Source: Alphaproteobacteria bacterium (lineage in GTDB: Bacteria > Pseudomonadota > Alphaproteobacteria > Caedimonadales > UBA9215). From it: a DNA stretch of 64,000 nt. The stretch spans positions 570,951 to 634,950 of the forward strand of contig CBDBFG010000004.1 in the NCBI GenBank assembly GCA_965204765.1, written 5' to 3'. The position numbers were made by a program, and so were the translations under genes. Below the pieces are notes generated by a model. That model saw nothing but the letters and a program-made list of their open reading frames with translations, did no database searches and was not told where the DNA came from. This document shows, piece after piece, positions 40,034-49,786 of this stretch (positions within the stretch are counted from its first letter, which is position 1; every line of letters begins with the position of its first letter).

Positions 40034-41098
40034 TTAATCTGTACTTGAGTCTGATAACAGTTTTTTAAGTATAGCGAAAGAATGAAATCCAAGGTGTTTA
40101 TTCATCAATTCATAGTTGCTAGGATCCATAGCAAATTGATACATACTATATGGATTATCACTAAATTCCTCGAGAAGCTCGGGGTTATCTTTAGATATTT
40201 CTAATATACTACATATGATTTCTGCTTCGAGGGCAAATTCATCATCATCTTCATTTTTATCATCCAGAGTATGGAGTGCTGGGTATGCCGCCACTAAGGC
40301 AGTATTACGATGGTCTTGAGCAAATTGATACATACTATGTGGACTATTATAAAATTCTTTGAAATATCCAGGGTTATCTCTAGCAAACTTATACATACTG
40401 TGCGGATTCTTATTAAATTGATCGTAAAGATCGGGGGTGTCGCGGCCTATTACTATCATGTACCATCTTACTTGCTTTCTATGAGGATCTGACTCTGAGT
40501 CTAGCGCCAGTTTTTGAGCTAGAGCAAGAGCGTGAAATGCAGGGTACTTAACCATCACTTCAGCGTTGATAGGATCTATAGCAAATTCATACATACTATG
40601 TGGATTAGTATTATATCTCACAGCAAGTCGAATATTATTTCTACAGATTTCTTCCCGACACAACCACCATTCATGATATGCTTGAGCAGTGTCTGACTTT
40701 ATCTCATCATCATTTTTATCATCCTGAGTATTTAGTGTTGGCGGAATAAGGAGTGCTGGGTATGCAGCCACTAAAGCAGTATTATGATGGTCTTGAGCAA
40801 ATTGATACATACTATGTGGATTATCACGAAATTCCTCGAGAAGTCCGGGATTATCTTTAGCAAATACGTACATGGGATGTGGATCAACAGTAAATTGAGA
40901 TAAAAGATCGTAGTTACCTTCGCTTATTTTGTATATACACAACCTTACTCGTATTTTATGGGTGTATGACAACGTTATATGCGTTTTACGAGAAGATCTA
41001 GCAGTATCTGGTTCCTCATCATCAGTTGAATACGCCTTTGATTGAGCCATAGATAATAATAGCAATAACAACATCGAATTTACATTAATATTATGCAT
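40034..41098 (-). CDS. Orphan exported repeat protein with six copies of a [DNS]P[HY][SP]MYxFAxD motif
   Basis: The N-terminus has a signal-like segment (MHNINVNSMLLLLLLSMAQSKA). The six motif copies are DPHPMYVFAKD, NPHSMYQFAQD, NPHSMYEFAID, NPHSMYKFARD, SPHSMYQFAQD and NPYSMYQFAMD. Acidic D/E/K-rich linkers separate them. I recognise no family for it. Confidence 0.7.
   Translation of the reverse strand: MHNINVNSMLLLLLLSMAQSKAYSTDDEEPDTARSSRKTHITLSYTHKIRVRLCIYKISEGNYDLLSQFTVDPHPMYVFAKDNPGLLEEFRDNPHSMYQFAQDHHNTALVAAYPALLIPPTLNTQDDKNDDEIKSDTAQAYHEWWLCREEICRNNIRLAVRYNTNPHSMYEFAIDPINAEVMVKYPAFHALALAQKLALDSESDPHRKQVRWYMIVIGRDTPDLYDQFNKNPHSMYKFARDNPGYFKEFYNSPHSMYQFAQDHRNTALVAAYPALHTLDDKNEDDDEFALEAEIICSILEISKDNPELLEEFSDNPYSMYQFAMDPSNYELMNKHLGFHSFAILKKLLSDSSTD
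40274..40343. repeat. Intragenic duplication, copy A (70 nt)
   Basis: It matches 40751-40820 with 3 mismatches in a hand alignment. The offset is 477 nt (159 codons). It encodes the PHSMYQFAQDH.NTALVAAYPAL module. Confidence 0.85.
40751..40820. repeat. Intragenic duplication, copy B (70 nt)
   Basis: This is the partner of 40274-40343. Similarity continues in more diverged form for a further 60 nt or so on the side toward the 5' end of the gene. Confidence 0.85.
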
Positions 41099-41716
41099 TG
41101 TACGCCCCTGATTCTTTAAAGATTTACTTTTTTCGCCATTTTAACAATTTTTGATTTTACGGCAAGAGAAGAAAGAAAATTGTATAAATTTACTGTGGTG
41201 TATGATTGTAATTTACATAGTTCTGAGATTGATGGAAATATAGATATTTTGATAAAAGTAACCTACAATGCTGATACAGTATATTTAGGATACTAAACGT
41301 ATCAGACAGGATATCTTGGTTTACTAAGTACACTAAATCATGACGTTAGAGAAACTTTGTGTGATTATATTAGTAAATAATGTGGGAGATGGAGCTGTCT
41401 GTACTGGTGCACGAGTTATGTCAAACGATGATTAGCACCGAAGTATGGTCCATTACAAGGAAATCGTCAGCAAACTCAGAATTTGTATAGATTAATACTG
41501 TGCAGACATGATCTGAGAGTATTGTGTGTGTTGCAAAAGGTATTATGGAGTAATCTTCTTATTATCACATCTAATGTAGAGTAAGTATGTCATGTAATGT
41601 TGTTATTTTGTGTGGATGTAAATGATTAGCATAAAGTTAAGGCTGAAGTCTTCCTTAAATGTGCTTGGAATCAAAAAAAGGCGCGGGCTAGCAAAACTTG
41701 TAATTATAAAGAATAT

Positions 41717-41743
41717 GAAAAATACCATGGCCATAAGCCATGG
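41717..41743 (-). terminator. Rho-independent terminator candidate downstream of mlaF
   Basis: On the minus-strand RNA, CCAUGGC-UUAUG-GCCAUGG forms a 7-bp stem with a 5-nt loop, from 41743 down to 41725. It is followed by UAUUUUUC and begins 5 nt after the mlaF stop codon. Confidence 0.55.
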
Positions 41744-41747
41744 AAGT

Positions 41748-42512
41748 TTACACCGCTATAGGTCCTTTTGTTGAACCATGAATAAATTGTTTTACGTACT
41801 CGTTTTTTGTGGTGCTTAATTCTTTTTTGCTACCTTCCCATATTATTTGACCATTATGTAGCATTGCAATCCGATCTGCTATTCTTTTGGCGCTATCCAT
41901 ATCATGAGTAATAGTTACCGAAGTAGCACTTAATTTACGTATGGTATCTTTTATTAAATTATCTATGACACAGCCCATTATTGGGTCTAATCCAGTAGTT
42001 GGCTCATCAAAGAAAATTATTTCTGGTTTTGAAATAATTGCTCTGGCAAGCGCTACTCTCCTTTGCATTCCTCCGGATAATTCTGCAGGATATAATTGAC
42101 TTGCTTCTTGGCCTAGACCGACAGTTTTTAGTATCTCTATGCTTTTGTTTTGAGCAGATTCTCTGGATATAGCTTTTGCCTGTAACAGACTAAAATATAT
42201 ATTTTCCCATACGGTAAGACTGTCAAATAAAGCTGATCCTTGAAATAACATGCTAATTTTATTGCGCACCGAGTCAACAACAGATTTTTCACCATGTATC
42301 ATATCTGTATCAAGGATATTGATATCACTACCTTTATCGGGTTGTAGCAATCCAAGTATACATTTTAGTAATACAGATTTTCCCGATCCTGAACCACCAA
42401 TGATTACAAGTGATTCGCCCGGGCTAATTGTTAGGTCAATATTGTTTAAAACTACTTTACCGTTAAATGATTTACTTAGTTTATTAATTTCAATTATTGG
42501 GTGCTGAGCCAT
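41748..42512 (-). CDS. mlaF: ABC transporter ATP-binding protein, MlaF-like (phospholipid transport)
   Basis: Walker A (GGSGSGKS), the ABC signature (LSGGMQRRVALARA) and Walker B (IIFFDEPTTGLD) are present. The gene lies directly downstream of an MlaE-type permease. Confidence 0.85.
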   Translation of the reverse strand: MAQHPIIEINKLSKSFNGKVVLNNIDLTISPGESLVIIGGSGSGKSVLLKCILGLLQPDKGSDINILDTDMIHGEKSVVDSVRNKISMLFQGSALFDSLTVWENIYFSLLQAKAISRESAQNKSIEILKTVGLGQEASQLYPAELSGGMQRRVALARAIISKPEIIFFDEPTTGLDPIMGCVIDNLIKDTIRKLSATSVTITHDMDSAKRIADRIAMLHNGQIIWEGSKKELSTTKNEYVKQFIHGSTKGPIAV

Positions 42513-42526
42513 TTTTGCCTATTTGC

Positions 42527-43309
42527 CTATATATTATTATCAAAAAACAAAATTGTTAATAAATAGTTAGCGATCAAAATTAAAATTGAAGAAGATACCA
42601 CAGCTTTTGTGGTGGCGTTACCAACTCCTTGTGCTCCTTTACCAGAACAATATCCGCTATAGCAACCCATTATTGTGACAATAAAGCCAAAAACAGAGGC
42701 TTTGACCAATCCGAATATTACATCTTGCAATTCCAGGTATTGTGCGCTTTGCTTCAAATATGCGCTATAATTAAAATCTAATTTATACACTGCAACTAAA
42801 TAACCACCCATCACCCCTATGACATCAGCTACCAGGACAAGAAGGGGGAGTACTATCATTCCTGCTAATACTCTTGGTACAACCAGGTATTTTATTGGAT
42901 TAGTTGCCAGTATAACTAATGCATCGATCTGTTCAGTTACCCTCATGGTGCCTATTTCTGCGGCTATTGCAGCACCGACTCTTCCGGCGATCATTAAACC
43001 GGCTAAAACTGGGGCTAGCTCTCTTGTAATAGATAAAATCACCACTATCGGTAGGGCACTTTCTACGGCAAATCTCGAAAATCCGGTATAGCTTTGTAGG
43101 GCTAGTACCATTCCTGTGAATATTGCGGTTAAACCAACTACTGGTAAGGAATTGTAGCCAATATTTAACATTTGTTTGCTAAATTCTCTACCGTAAAAGG
43201 TAGGGGTAAAGACAGCATAGATAGTGCGTGCAGAAAATAATGCTATTTTTCCTACATTTTCCATGAACAACAGAGTATAAAAACCTATCTTATTGACAGC
43301 ATTAACCAT
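42527..43309 (-). CDS. mlaE: ABC transporter permease, MlaE-like
   Basis: RELAPVLAGLMIAGRVGAAIAAEIGTMRVTEQIDAL is the conserved MlaE/Ttg2B core, and the protein is a 260-aa polytopic membrane protein. Confidence 0.88.
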   Translation of the reverse strand: MVNAVNKIGFYTLLFMENVGKIALFSARTIYAVFTPTFYGREFSKQMLNIGYNSLPVVGLTAIFTGMVLALQSYTGFSRFAVESALPIVVILSITRELAPVLAGLMIAGRVGAAIAAEIGTMRVTEQIDALVILATNPIKYLVVPRVLAGMIVLPLLVLVADVIGVMGGYLVAVYKLDFNYSAYLKQSAQYLELQDVIFGLVKASVFGFIVTIMGCYSGYCSGKGAQGVGNATTKAVVSSSILILIANYLLTILFFDNNI

Positions 43310-43373
43310 TTTAGTCCTTTAAAATTATTTTTTATTTTTTTTATAACTTGTAGCCTAGTCCAATTGGATACAA

Positions 43374-44528
43374 CTAAGTTAACATTTTTTTGTCTTCATT
43401 GGTATTATTATTATAAATTCTATGATATCTAGATCCTTGTTTTACAAATAACTCATATATTGAAGTATTAGCTGACATAGCAAATTTTCTGGCACTATCA
43501 GCATCTGAATATAATGTGGCCCACATGTTCTCTTCGACTGATCCGGTCGGGTGTGAGGTTATATCTACCATCATAACATCCATAGAAACTATACCTATAA
43601 TAGGGGATTTTTGCCCATTGATTATTATGTGTCCTTTATTGGATGATGCACGCATTATCCCGTCTGCATGGCCAACGGCTAACAATGCGATTCTGGTTTT
43701 ACGTTTGCACACATAGGTACCGTCGTAACCCACGATTTTCCCTCTTGGTAATTCTCTAATGCGCAGTATTTTGGCATATGCTTTGATACAAGTTTTTAGA
43801 GGGAGGAGCCCGTCATAGTTTATCGTTTTATATCCGTAAACAGCCATGCCAATACGGACCATATCAAATTGATACTGATCACCTAAAGCAGTTCCTGCGG
43901 AATGCGCAAATGAAATGCGCAGATTAGGATCTTTAGCATGGAATGTTTTGATGCTTTTTAACTGTATACAGTTAGTTGGTTCATCTATAATACTGGAGTG
44001 CACAAGGTGACTCATTAAAAATTTAATATTTAGGTGATTCCAAATTTTTTTATTCTCTAATAAATCATCAAATTCCTGTTCTGATAATCCTTCGCGTCCA
44101 AGACCTGTGTCAACATGTAAGTTGCATGCTAGTTTTTGTGATTGTAAGGCATTGAAATTAGACCATCTTATAGCTTGGTCATACGAAATGATACATGGGA
44201 TCAGGTTGTGCTGTTGAAATAACCCTTCTGTCCCTGGGAATACTCCATTTAATACATATATATTGATTTCTTGATTGGGATAATTGGTGCGTGCTTCTAT
44301 TGCTTCCTCTATAAAAGCAAAAAAGAAATTTTTACATCCAGAATCAATAAGAGTTCCCATTATTGGTCGTGCACCGAGGCCATATGCATTTGCTTTTAGT
44401 ACAACCGCTATTTCTGTGTTCTGCGCAACAAACTTTGTCAGCATTTTATAATTATAGGATATTGCAGACAGGTCAATAGCAAGTACTTTTGATACATATT
44501 GTGGGATATTTTTTAATATATTCATCAT
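43374..44528 (-). CDS. alr: Alanine racemase
   Basis: The PLP-lysine motif VVLKANAYGLG is present. The TIM-barrel plus beta-domain length is right, and VGYDGTY and GIVSMDVMMVDIT segments are present. Confidence 0.88.
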   Translation of the reverse strand: MMNILKNIPQYVSKVLAIDLSAISYNYKMLTKFVAQNTEIAVVLKANAYGLGARPIMGTLIDSGCKNFFFAFIEEAIEARTNYPNQEINIYVLNGVFPGTEGLFQQHNLIPCIISYDQAIRWSNFNALQSQKLACNLHVDTGLGREGLSEQEFDDLLENKKIWNHLNIKFLMSHLVHSSIIDEPTNCIQLKSIKTFHAKDPNLRISFAHSAGTALGDQYQFDMVRIGMAVYGYKTINYDGLLPLKTCIKAYAKILRIRELPRGKIVGYDGTYVCKRKTRIALLAVGHADGIMRASSNKGHIIINGQKSPIIGIVSMDVMMVDITSHPTGSVEENMWATLYSDADSARKFAMSANTSIYELFVKQGSRYHRIYNNNTNEDKKMLT

Positions 44529-44782
44529 ACAATTATTTATTAATTAATTTGCACCATTGGTTGTATAGTCTGTATACCTAAAGTCATTAATATTATTGCA
44601 CATCTACTATAACTTCATGTGATAATATCATGGATAGGTACGGTTGTTAATTATGCTTTGCAACGCGGGAGTATCCTATTTTTTTAGTTCTTTAGTCCCA
44701 TTGCCTTACACTTTATCATCGCTATAATATATCAGACAAATATTTTTGCTATATATTAGTAACAATTGATTAAATTGAGTAT

Positions 44783-45328
44783 TTATTTTTTACCATTATT
44801 CAATTCATTGGTTATCCATTCATATACATATCCTATTCCTGATAAAATAGTTGTTGCTGCTGTACAGATAAATATTATGGTATTGATATTGCGTAGATTG
44901 ATACCTATTGCCACTTGTGCAAGAATTATAACTACTAGTCCTATTTGCATGAATGTATTGATTTTACTGATTAGCAATGGGGTAATTCTAGTATTGTTGT
45001 TTAAGAACAATAGCGATAGCACGACGCCCCCAACTATCACAATATCTCTAAATACTACTATAATAACTAGCCATGAGGGTATTAATGACTGGATTCCCAT
45101 GGTTAAAAATACTCCTACTAATAGCACTTTATCAGCAATAGGATCCATATATTGGCCAAGTTTTGTATCACAGTTCATTATCCTTGCGAGCATACCATCC
45201 AGTAAATCAGATATTCCCGCTACAAAGAATGTAATAAGAGCCCAAAGATAGTTATGGTCTAATAATAACCATACTATTAGGGGTACCATAAATAATCTTA
45301 CTAAACTAATCAAATTGGGGATATTCAA
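44783..45328 (-). CDS. pgsA: CDP-alcohol phosphatidyltransferase (CDP-diacylglycerol--glycerol-3-phosphate 3-phosphatidyltransferase-like)
   Basis: The D-x2-DG-x2-AR-x8-G-x3-D-x3-D motif is present in GISDLLDGMLARIMNCDTKLGQYMDPIADK. The start codon is TTG. Confidence 0.8.
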   Translation of the reverse strand: MNIPNLISLVRLFMVPLIVWLLLDHNYLWALITFFVAGISDLLDGMLARIMNCDTKLGQYMDPIADKVLLVGVFLTMGIQSLIPSWLVIIVVFRDIVIVGGVVLSLLFLNNNTRITPLLISKINTFMQIGLVVIILAQVAIGINLRNINTIIFICTAATTILSGIGYVYEWITNELNNGKK

Positions 45329-46437
45329 TTTTTATTCTCCATTTGTGCGTGTCTGATATATAATACCTTATTGTGATCTGCATGTATAACATAGTTGTGC
45401 GCAGATAGTATTTTTTGTATTTTTGCAAAGCTCAGATTAGATTGTAACATTATTTTGGCCTGTTGAGATGAAAGACTCTTAAGTATAAAAGAAAAACCAT
45501 GTTTCTTCATATGTTTTTTTGTTTTGTCCCAGCTGCTTTGGTCATCAAAATTTATAATTACTGTGTACCGCTTTGGTTGTTTTTGCAGTAGTAAATCGCA
45601 TTCATATTTTTTAAAAAAATTGATAGTTAAAGATAGGGCTGTGGCCAAATGGTCGTTAGGTGGTATCAAGGTAGCTTCTTGTGAGCATTTTATAGATCCA
45701 TTTTTTGAAAAGATTGTAATAGTGAGCTCATGATAATCGTTATCATGGGACAGTCGTTTTAAGTTTGGTACAACAAGTGATGTTTTATTATATCGTTTCA
45801 TCATTTGCAGTATTTTCACCCTATCATGCAGATTGATGTCTGATATTGCGACGGTTTGTATATCTTGCAAGTCGTACAGTGGCAACATTAAATGATTAGC
45901 GTATTTATGATTTACTAAATATTCTTTCCAAGGATTGGTGTATGTCCATAGCATGGCTTCATCAGGAGTAATGTATATGGGCAAGATAAGCGATTGATCT
46001 AAGGATGGGTAGCGATGTTGTTGTTTGATTGTACTATTTTGTGCAGATTTACTTATATAATCATTTAATTTATCTTGATCAAAGTGTATAGCAAATTCTC
46101 CAATATATTTCTTGTGCGAGAATTTTTCAGATTCGATGGTGAAAGAACTAATAATTTTTTCCATTTCTGAAGCATTTGGGAATCTTACGGTATCATAATC
46201 AGTTATTTTATGATGAAGTTGTACAATTTTTGCAAAAGCATTCTTTTTTGCTTTGTCAATTGCGATGTTTTTTGCGGTAATGGCATCGATATTGTTGATT
46301 TGTATTCTGATTATAGGAGAGGTAATGACAGATTTTGCACATGCTGTCCTATTAATTAGAACACCTAGTAATATATGCAAAACAATAGCAACAATTTGAT
46401 TAATTTGCCACATTTTATCATTACCCATTATAATCAA
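45325..46437 (-). CDS. Hypothetical exported protein, probably co-transcribed with pgsA
   Basis: The 370-aa ORF has a hydrophobic N-terminal segment (IVAIVLHILLGVLINRTACA). Its stop overlaps the pgsA start by 4 nt. I cannot assign a family with confidence. Confidence 0.55.
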   Translation of the reverse strand: MIIMGNDKMWQINQIVAIVLHILLGVLINRTACAKSVITSPIIRIQINNIDAITAKNIAIDKAKKNAFAKIVQLHHKITDYDTVRFPNASEMEKIISSFTIESEKFSHKKYIGEFAIHFDQDKLNDYISKSAQNSTIKQQHRYPSLDQSLILPIYITPDEAMLWTYTNPWKEYLVNHKYANHLMLPLYDLQDIQTVAISDINLHDRVKILQMMKRYNKTSLVVPNLKRLSHDNDYHELTITIFSKNGSIKCSQEATLIPPNDHLATALSLTINFFKKYECDLLLQKQPKRYTVIINFDDQSSWDKTKKHMKKHGFSFILKSLSSQQAKIMLQSNLSFAKIQKILSAHNYVIHADHNKVLYIRHAQMENKN

Positions 46438-46622
46438 TAATTAACTACTAACAGTTGCACTACCTTAGCAACTGATACGCCAAGCTTATGGTGCATACCC
46501 AACTGGTCAGTAAGCACCTTTGAAGGAAATATCCTGGTAATACCTATTTTAGCAGTAATTACAGGAATTATTTCCGATTACTAAAGGAAAAATAAATTTA
46601 TAAGAGTAGATAACTACACTAT

Positions 46623-47042
46623 CTATCCCACCAATTCTAATCCGCTAAAAAAGAAATTAATTTCTTTTTGTGCGTTTTCTATCGAATCTGAGCCATGTAC
46701 AGAGTTAGCTTCTATTGATTCCGCGAATTCTTTTCTTATTGTGCCTGATTCAGCTTCCTCTGGATTTGTTGCTCCCATTATCTTGCGGTATTGTGAAACT
46801 GCATTCTCGCCTTCTAATACTTGTACAATAACTGGTGCAGAAATCATAAATTTGCATAAATCGCTAAAAAATGGTCTAGCAGAGTGTACTTGATAAAATT
46901 GAGCTGCTTGATATTCTGTCAAATGGATTCTTTTTTGGGCTATGATCTTTAAATTGTTTTCTTCGATAATTGTATTTATTTTGCCGCTAATATTGCGCAT
47001 AGTAGCATCAGGCTTTATAATTGATAGTGTTCTTTCTGTCAT
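46623..47042 (-). CDS. ndk: Nucleoside-diphosphate kinase
   Basis: [11 protein letters not shown], the NSVHGSDS active-site histidine segment and the 139-aa length all fit Ndk. Confidence 0.95.
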   Translation of the reverse strand: MTERTLSIIKPDATMRNISGKINTIIEENNLKIIAQKRIHLTEYQAAQFYQVHSARPFFSDLCKFMISAPVIVQVLEGENAVSQYRKIMGATNPEEAESGTIRKEFAESIEANSVHGSDSIENAQKEINFFFSGLELVG

Positions 47043-47174
47043 TGTTTATCTCCTTAATATTGTATTGCCTTTATATAACTATCTTGTTGATTTATGCAAG
47101 TTCTAAGCACTGATAGCAGAATTTTTTATATGACAATGCCGATTAGTATGATTTTGAAACTAGAAAACTATGGT

Positions 47175-47618
47175 TTATTTTTGTAACCATTTACCGTTGC
47201 TATCTTGTGACCAGTATTTCATGTTATTACAATTTTCTTTATAGTGTTTCCATCGTATGCGTGCGTTATGTACTTTATCATGGTCTTTACCATTAAATAC
47301 TTCTAATATCTTTTTGAATGGAGCGTCATTATCCACTATGACATTGGCAAGAGATACAATAATGTCTGAATTATTGGGGTTTTCAATCTTAGTAGTCAGC
47401 CAAACCGGCTGTTCCGATGCAAATCCTTCTTGGCTGCTGCCATGAGGAATAAAACTTTTTTGGCTAAAGCGCCAAAGTAGGTTGTTATATGTATTCAGCT
47501 GTTCTGGGCTTTCTAGAAGTAAGACAACTTGCAGGCTGGATTCGTATATTTTGTTAATTAAATTGGCGACAGTCTTATCAAAATCGCCGTATAAAAAATG
47601 ATAAAAATTAATATCCAT
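47175..47618 (-). CDS. holC: DNA polymerase III subunit chi
   Basis: MDINFYHF... then LLWRFSQKSFIPHG parallels E. coli HolC (FYLL... LWARPAESFVPHN). I chose the ATG at 47618. The track ORF extends to 47681. Confidence 0.75.
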   Translation of the reverse strand: MDINFYHFLYGDFDKTVANLINKIYESSLQVVLLLESPEQLNTYNNLLWRFSQKSFIPHGSSQEGFASEQPVWLTTKIENPNNSDIIVSLANVIVDNDAPFKKILEVFNGKDHDKVHNARIRWKHYKENCNNMKYWSQDSNGKWLQK

Positions 47619-47750
47619 TTCCAGACATCTTGTTATATGAGCCATTGTCACATAAGTGAACGATAGTTCGTAGATTTTCATTTACCATTTTTATCATTCA
47701 CTTAGTGACACTAAATTAAATATATAGTTGAAGACTAGTATGCGCGGTAT

Positions 47751-49244
47751 TTACACTTCGTAATAGTCTTGCAGGAATTTGTTTAATATGCTTACTCCAA
47801 AACCTGTTGGGCCTTCAGATGATTTTTTTATGGACTTGTCCCATCCTGTTCCCGCAATATCCAGGTGGGCCCAAGGTACCTCGTTCACAAAATTTTGTAA
47901 GAATTGCCCACCAATTATGCTACCTGCTTCTCTTGTCATCGGACAGTGATTAATATCAGCAATATGAGAGTTCATCAGTTTTTGATATGCCTCTCCTAAT
48001 GGGAAGCGCCATAACTTTTCTCCGGTTTTAATACCACTGGCTAATAATTGCTCCGATAAATTGTCATTATTGGAAAACAAGCCAGCATATTCATGACCAA
48101 CTGCCGATATAATTGCACCCGTAAGAGTAGCTAAATTAATCATAAATTGCGGTTTAAACCTATCCTGAGTGTACCACAGCGCATCTGCAAGGATTAATCT
48201 ACCTTCTGCGTCTGTATTCAGTATTTCAACAGTTTTACCAGAGATAGATGTTAAAACATCTCCAGGCTTTAAAGCGCTTCCTGATGGCATATTCTCTGCT
48301 AACGCAACCACACCTAGAGCGTTAATTTTTGCTTTTCTAGAGGCTATTGTTTTCATTAACCCAACCACAGCAGATGATCCAGCCATATCGTATTTCATTT
48401 CATCCATTCTCATGGTTGGTTTGATGCAAATACCCCCGGCATCAAATGTTACCCCTTTACCCACAAATGCCACAGGTTGTTGATCATTGCTGCCGCCATT
48501 CCATTTCATTATGACTAAGCGTGGTTTTTTTTCACTTCCTTGTGCTACTCCTAGTAGGCATTCCATACCTAGTTTTTGCATATCTTTTTCGTTGAGAATT
48601 TCAATATCTATATTCACAGATTTTAATTCATCTTTTATTATTTCGGCGTATGATTCTGGATAAAGCTTGTTACCTGGTTCTGCGCCAAGGTCTTTTGTAA
48701 GGGCAATACCATTTGCCAAGTGCTCAAGGGCTGAGAAATTAGAACATGCTTCTTTAGAATGTTCTGTTACTACTGAAAATTCTTGTAGATAATCTTTTTC
48801 TAGCTCTGTAGTGGTAGTTTTGTATTTTTCAAATCTCCACGAGCCTTTTAATGCTCCAAATGCTATATGAGCGGCTACTTCTCCGTTACTGATGGAATTA
48901 AATGATAGATTATCCAGATGAAATACGGCGTGTTCTGCTTTCGTATTATCCAAAGATTTATAAGCAAGTTTCCCTAGTTGTTGGAGTTTAAGTTCTGTAA
49001 CATCGTCTTTTTTTCCAAGACCTAAGATTATAATTCTGTGTGCTTTTACATCGTGAGAGGTAACAAAATTGATAACTTCACCCATTTTCCCTGAAAATTT
49101 TTCATTCTTTAAAGTGCGCTCTATTGTATTATTAGTGGTATCGTTTGTTCTTTGTGCTGCAGAGGAAAATTCATTGCCCTCAAATATTCCAACAATAATT
49201 GGTGCGTTTTCATGTGCTGTTTCCTGTAAAAAATTAATCTTCAT
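47751..49244 (-). CDS. pepA: Leucyl aminopeptidase (M17 family)
   Basis: VGKGVTFDAGGICIKP, MKYDMAGSS and the NTDAEGRLILADAL signature are M17 hallmarks. Confidence 0.93.
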   Translation of the reverse strand: MKINFLQETAHENAPIIVGIFEGNEFSSAAQRTNDTTNNTIERTLKNEKFSGKMGEVINFVTSHDVKAHRIIILGLGKKDDVTELKLQQLGKLAYKSLDNTKAEHAVFHLDNLSFNSISNGEVAAHIAFGALKGSWRFEKYKTTTTELEKDYLQEFSVVTEHSKEACSNFSALEHLANGIALTKDLGAEPGNKLYPESYAEIIKDELKSVNIDIEILNEKDMQKLGMECLLGVAQGSEKKPRLVIMKWNGGSNDQQPVAFVGKGVTFDAGGICIKPTMRMDEMKYDMAGSSAVVGLMKTIASRKAKINALGVVALAENMPSGSALKPGDVLTSISGKTVEILNTDAEGRLILADALWYTQDRFKPQFMINLATLTGAIISAVGHEYAGLFSNNDNLSEQLLASGIKTGEKLWRFPLGEAYQKLMNSHIADINHCPMTREAGSIIGGQFLQNFVNEVPWAHLDIAGTGWDKSIKKSSEGPTGFGVSILNKFLQDYYEV

Positions 49245-49397
49245 TGCTGTATCCTACTCTTATTTCTTGGAACCTGTAAATCACAACCATTCTCATGAAA
49301 AAAACTGAATTTGTAAAGCATAAATAAGTGATCTGTTCTATTTACTTGACAGCCTTGCGCAAAAAATGTATCAAAAATCAAAAGTATTGGGTTTGTT

Positions 49398-49568
49398 ATG
49401 GCGAAAAAAGGTCCTGTGATAAAGATTAGGTTGGTTAGTGAGGAAAAGACGGGTTATTTTTATGTAACCAAAAAGAATCCTCGTAATATACCGGAAAAAA
49501 TGGTTGTGAAAAAATACGATCCAGTGGCTAGGAAGCACTGTAATTTCAAAGAAGCCAAGATAAAATAG
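49398..49568 (+). CDS. rpmG: 50S ribosomal protein L33
   Basis: My hand translation is [56 protein letters not shown] (56 aa, TAG stop). This matches the L33 pattern ([18 protein letters not shown]...KKYDP..RKH..F.E.KIK). It is absent from the ORF track, which instead lists an antisense 69-aa ORF here. Confidence 0.9.
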   Translation: MAKKGPVIKIRLVSEEKTGYFYVTKKNPRNIPEKMVVKKYDPVARKHCNFKEAKIK

Positions 49569-49786
49569 ATATTTGTGCATTATTTGTACTTAAATATTTC
49601 TAGTCTTGCTAAGCGTGTTCGTTGCTGTCATTATGGATATGTAAAATAAACTAAGTATTGTCGTTCTACCTTTGTTATGGCCAGAATGATAGACTAGGTT
49701 TTTTTAATTTGAAATGATACTGTTAAGTTACTTGTAAATTATGTAATAAATTTATAGAATGTCGGTAACTTTTTTTGTTGGGTGCT

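Noticed and set aside
41099-41747. The 650-bp spacer after mlaF as a decayed mlaD (MCE) pseudogene.
   Set aside because: Translating the mlaF strand in all three frames by eye showed frequent stops. I saw no MCE-like segment, such as an N-terminal transmembrane helix followed by a G..G..V...G..VG.V pattern. A good terminator hairpin also lies immediately after mlaF.
44766-45251. A 161-aa plus-strand ORF opposite pgsA.
   Set aside because: The minus strand carries the complete CDP-alcohol phosphatidyltransferase motif. The plus-strand ORF is a hydrophobic mirror-image artefact of a membrane-protein gene.
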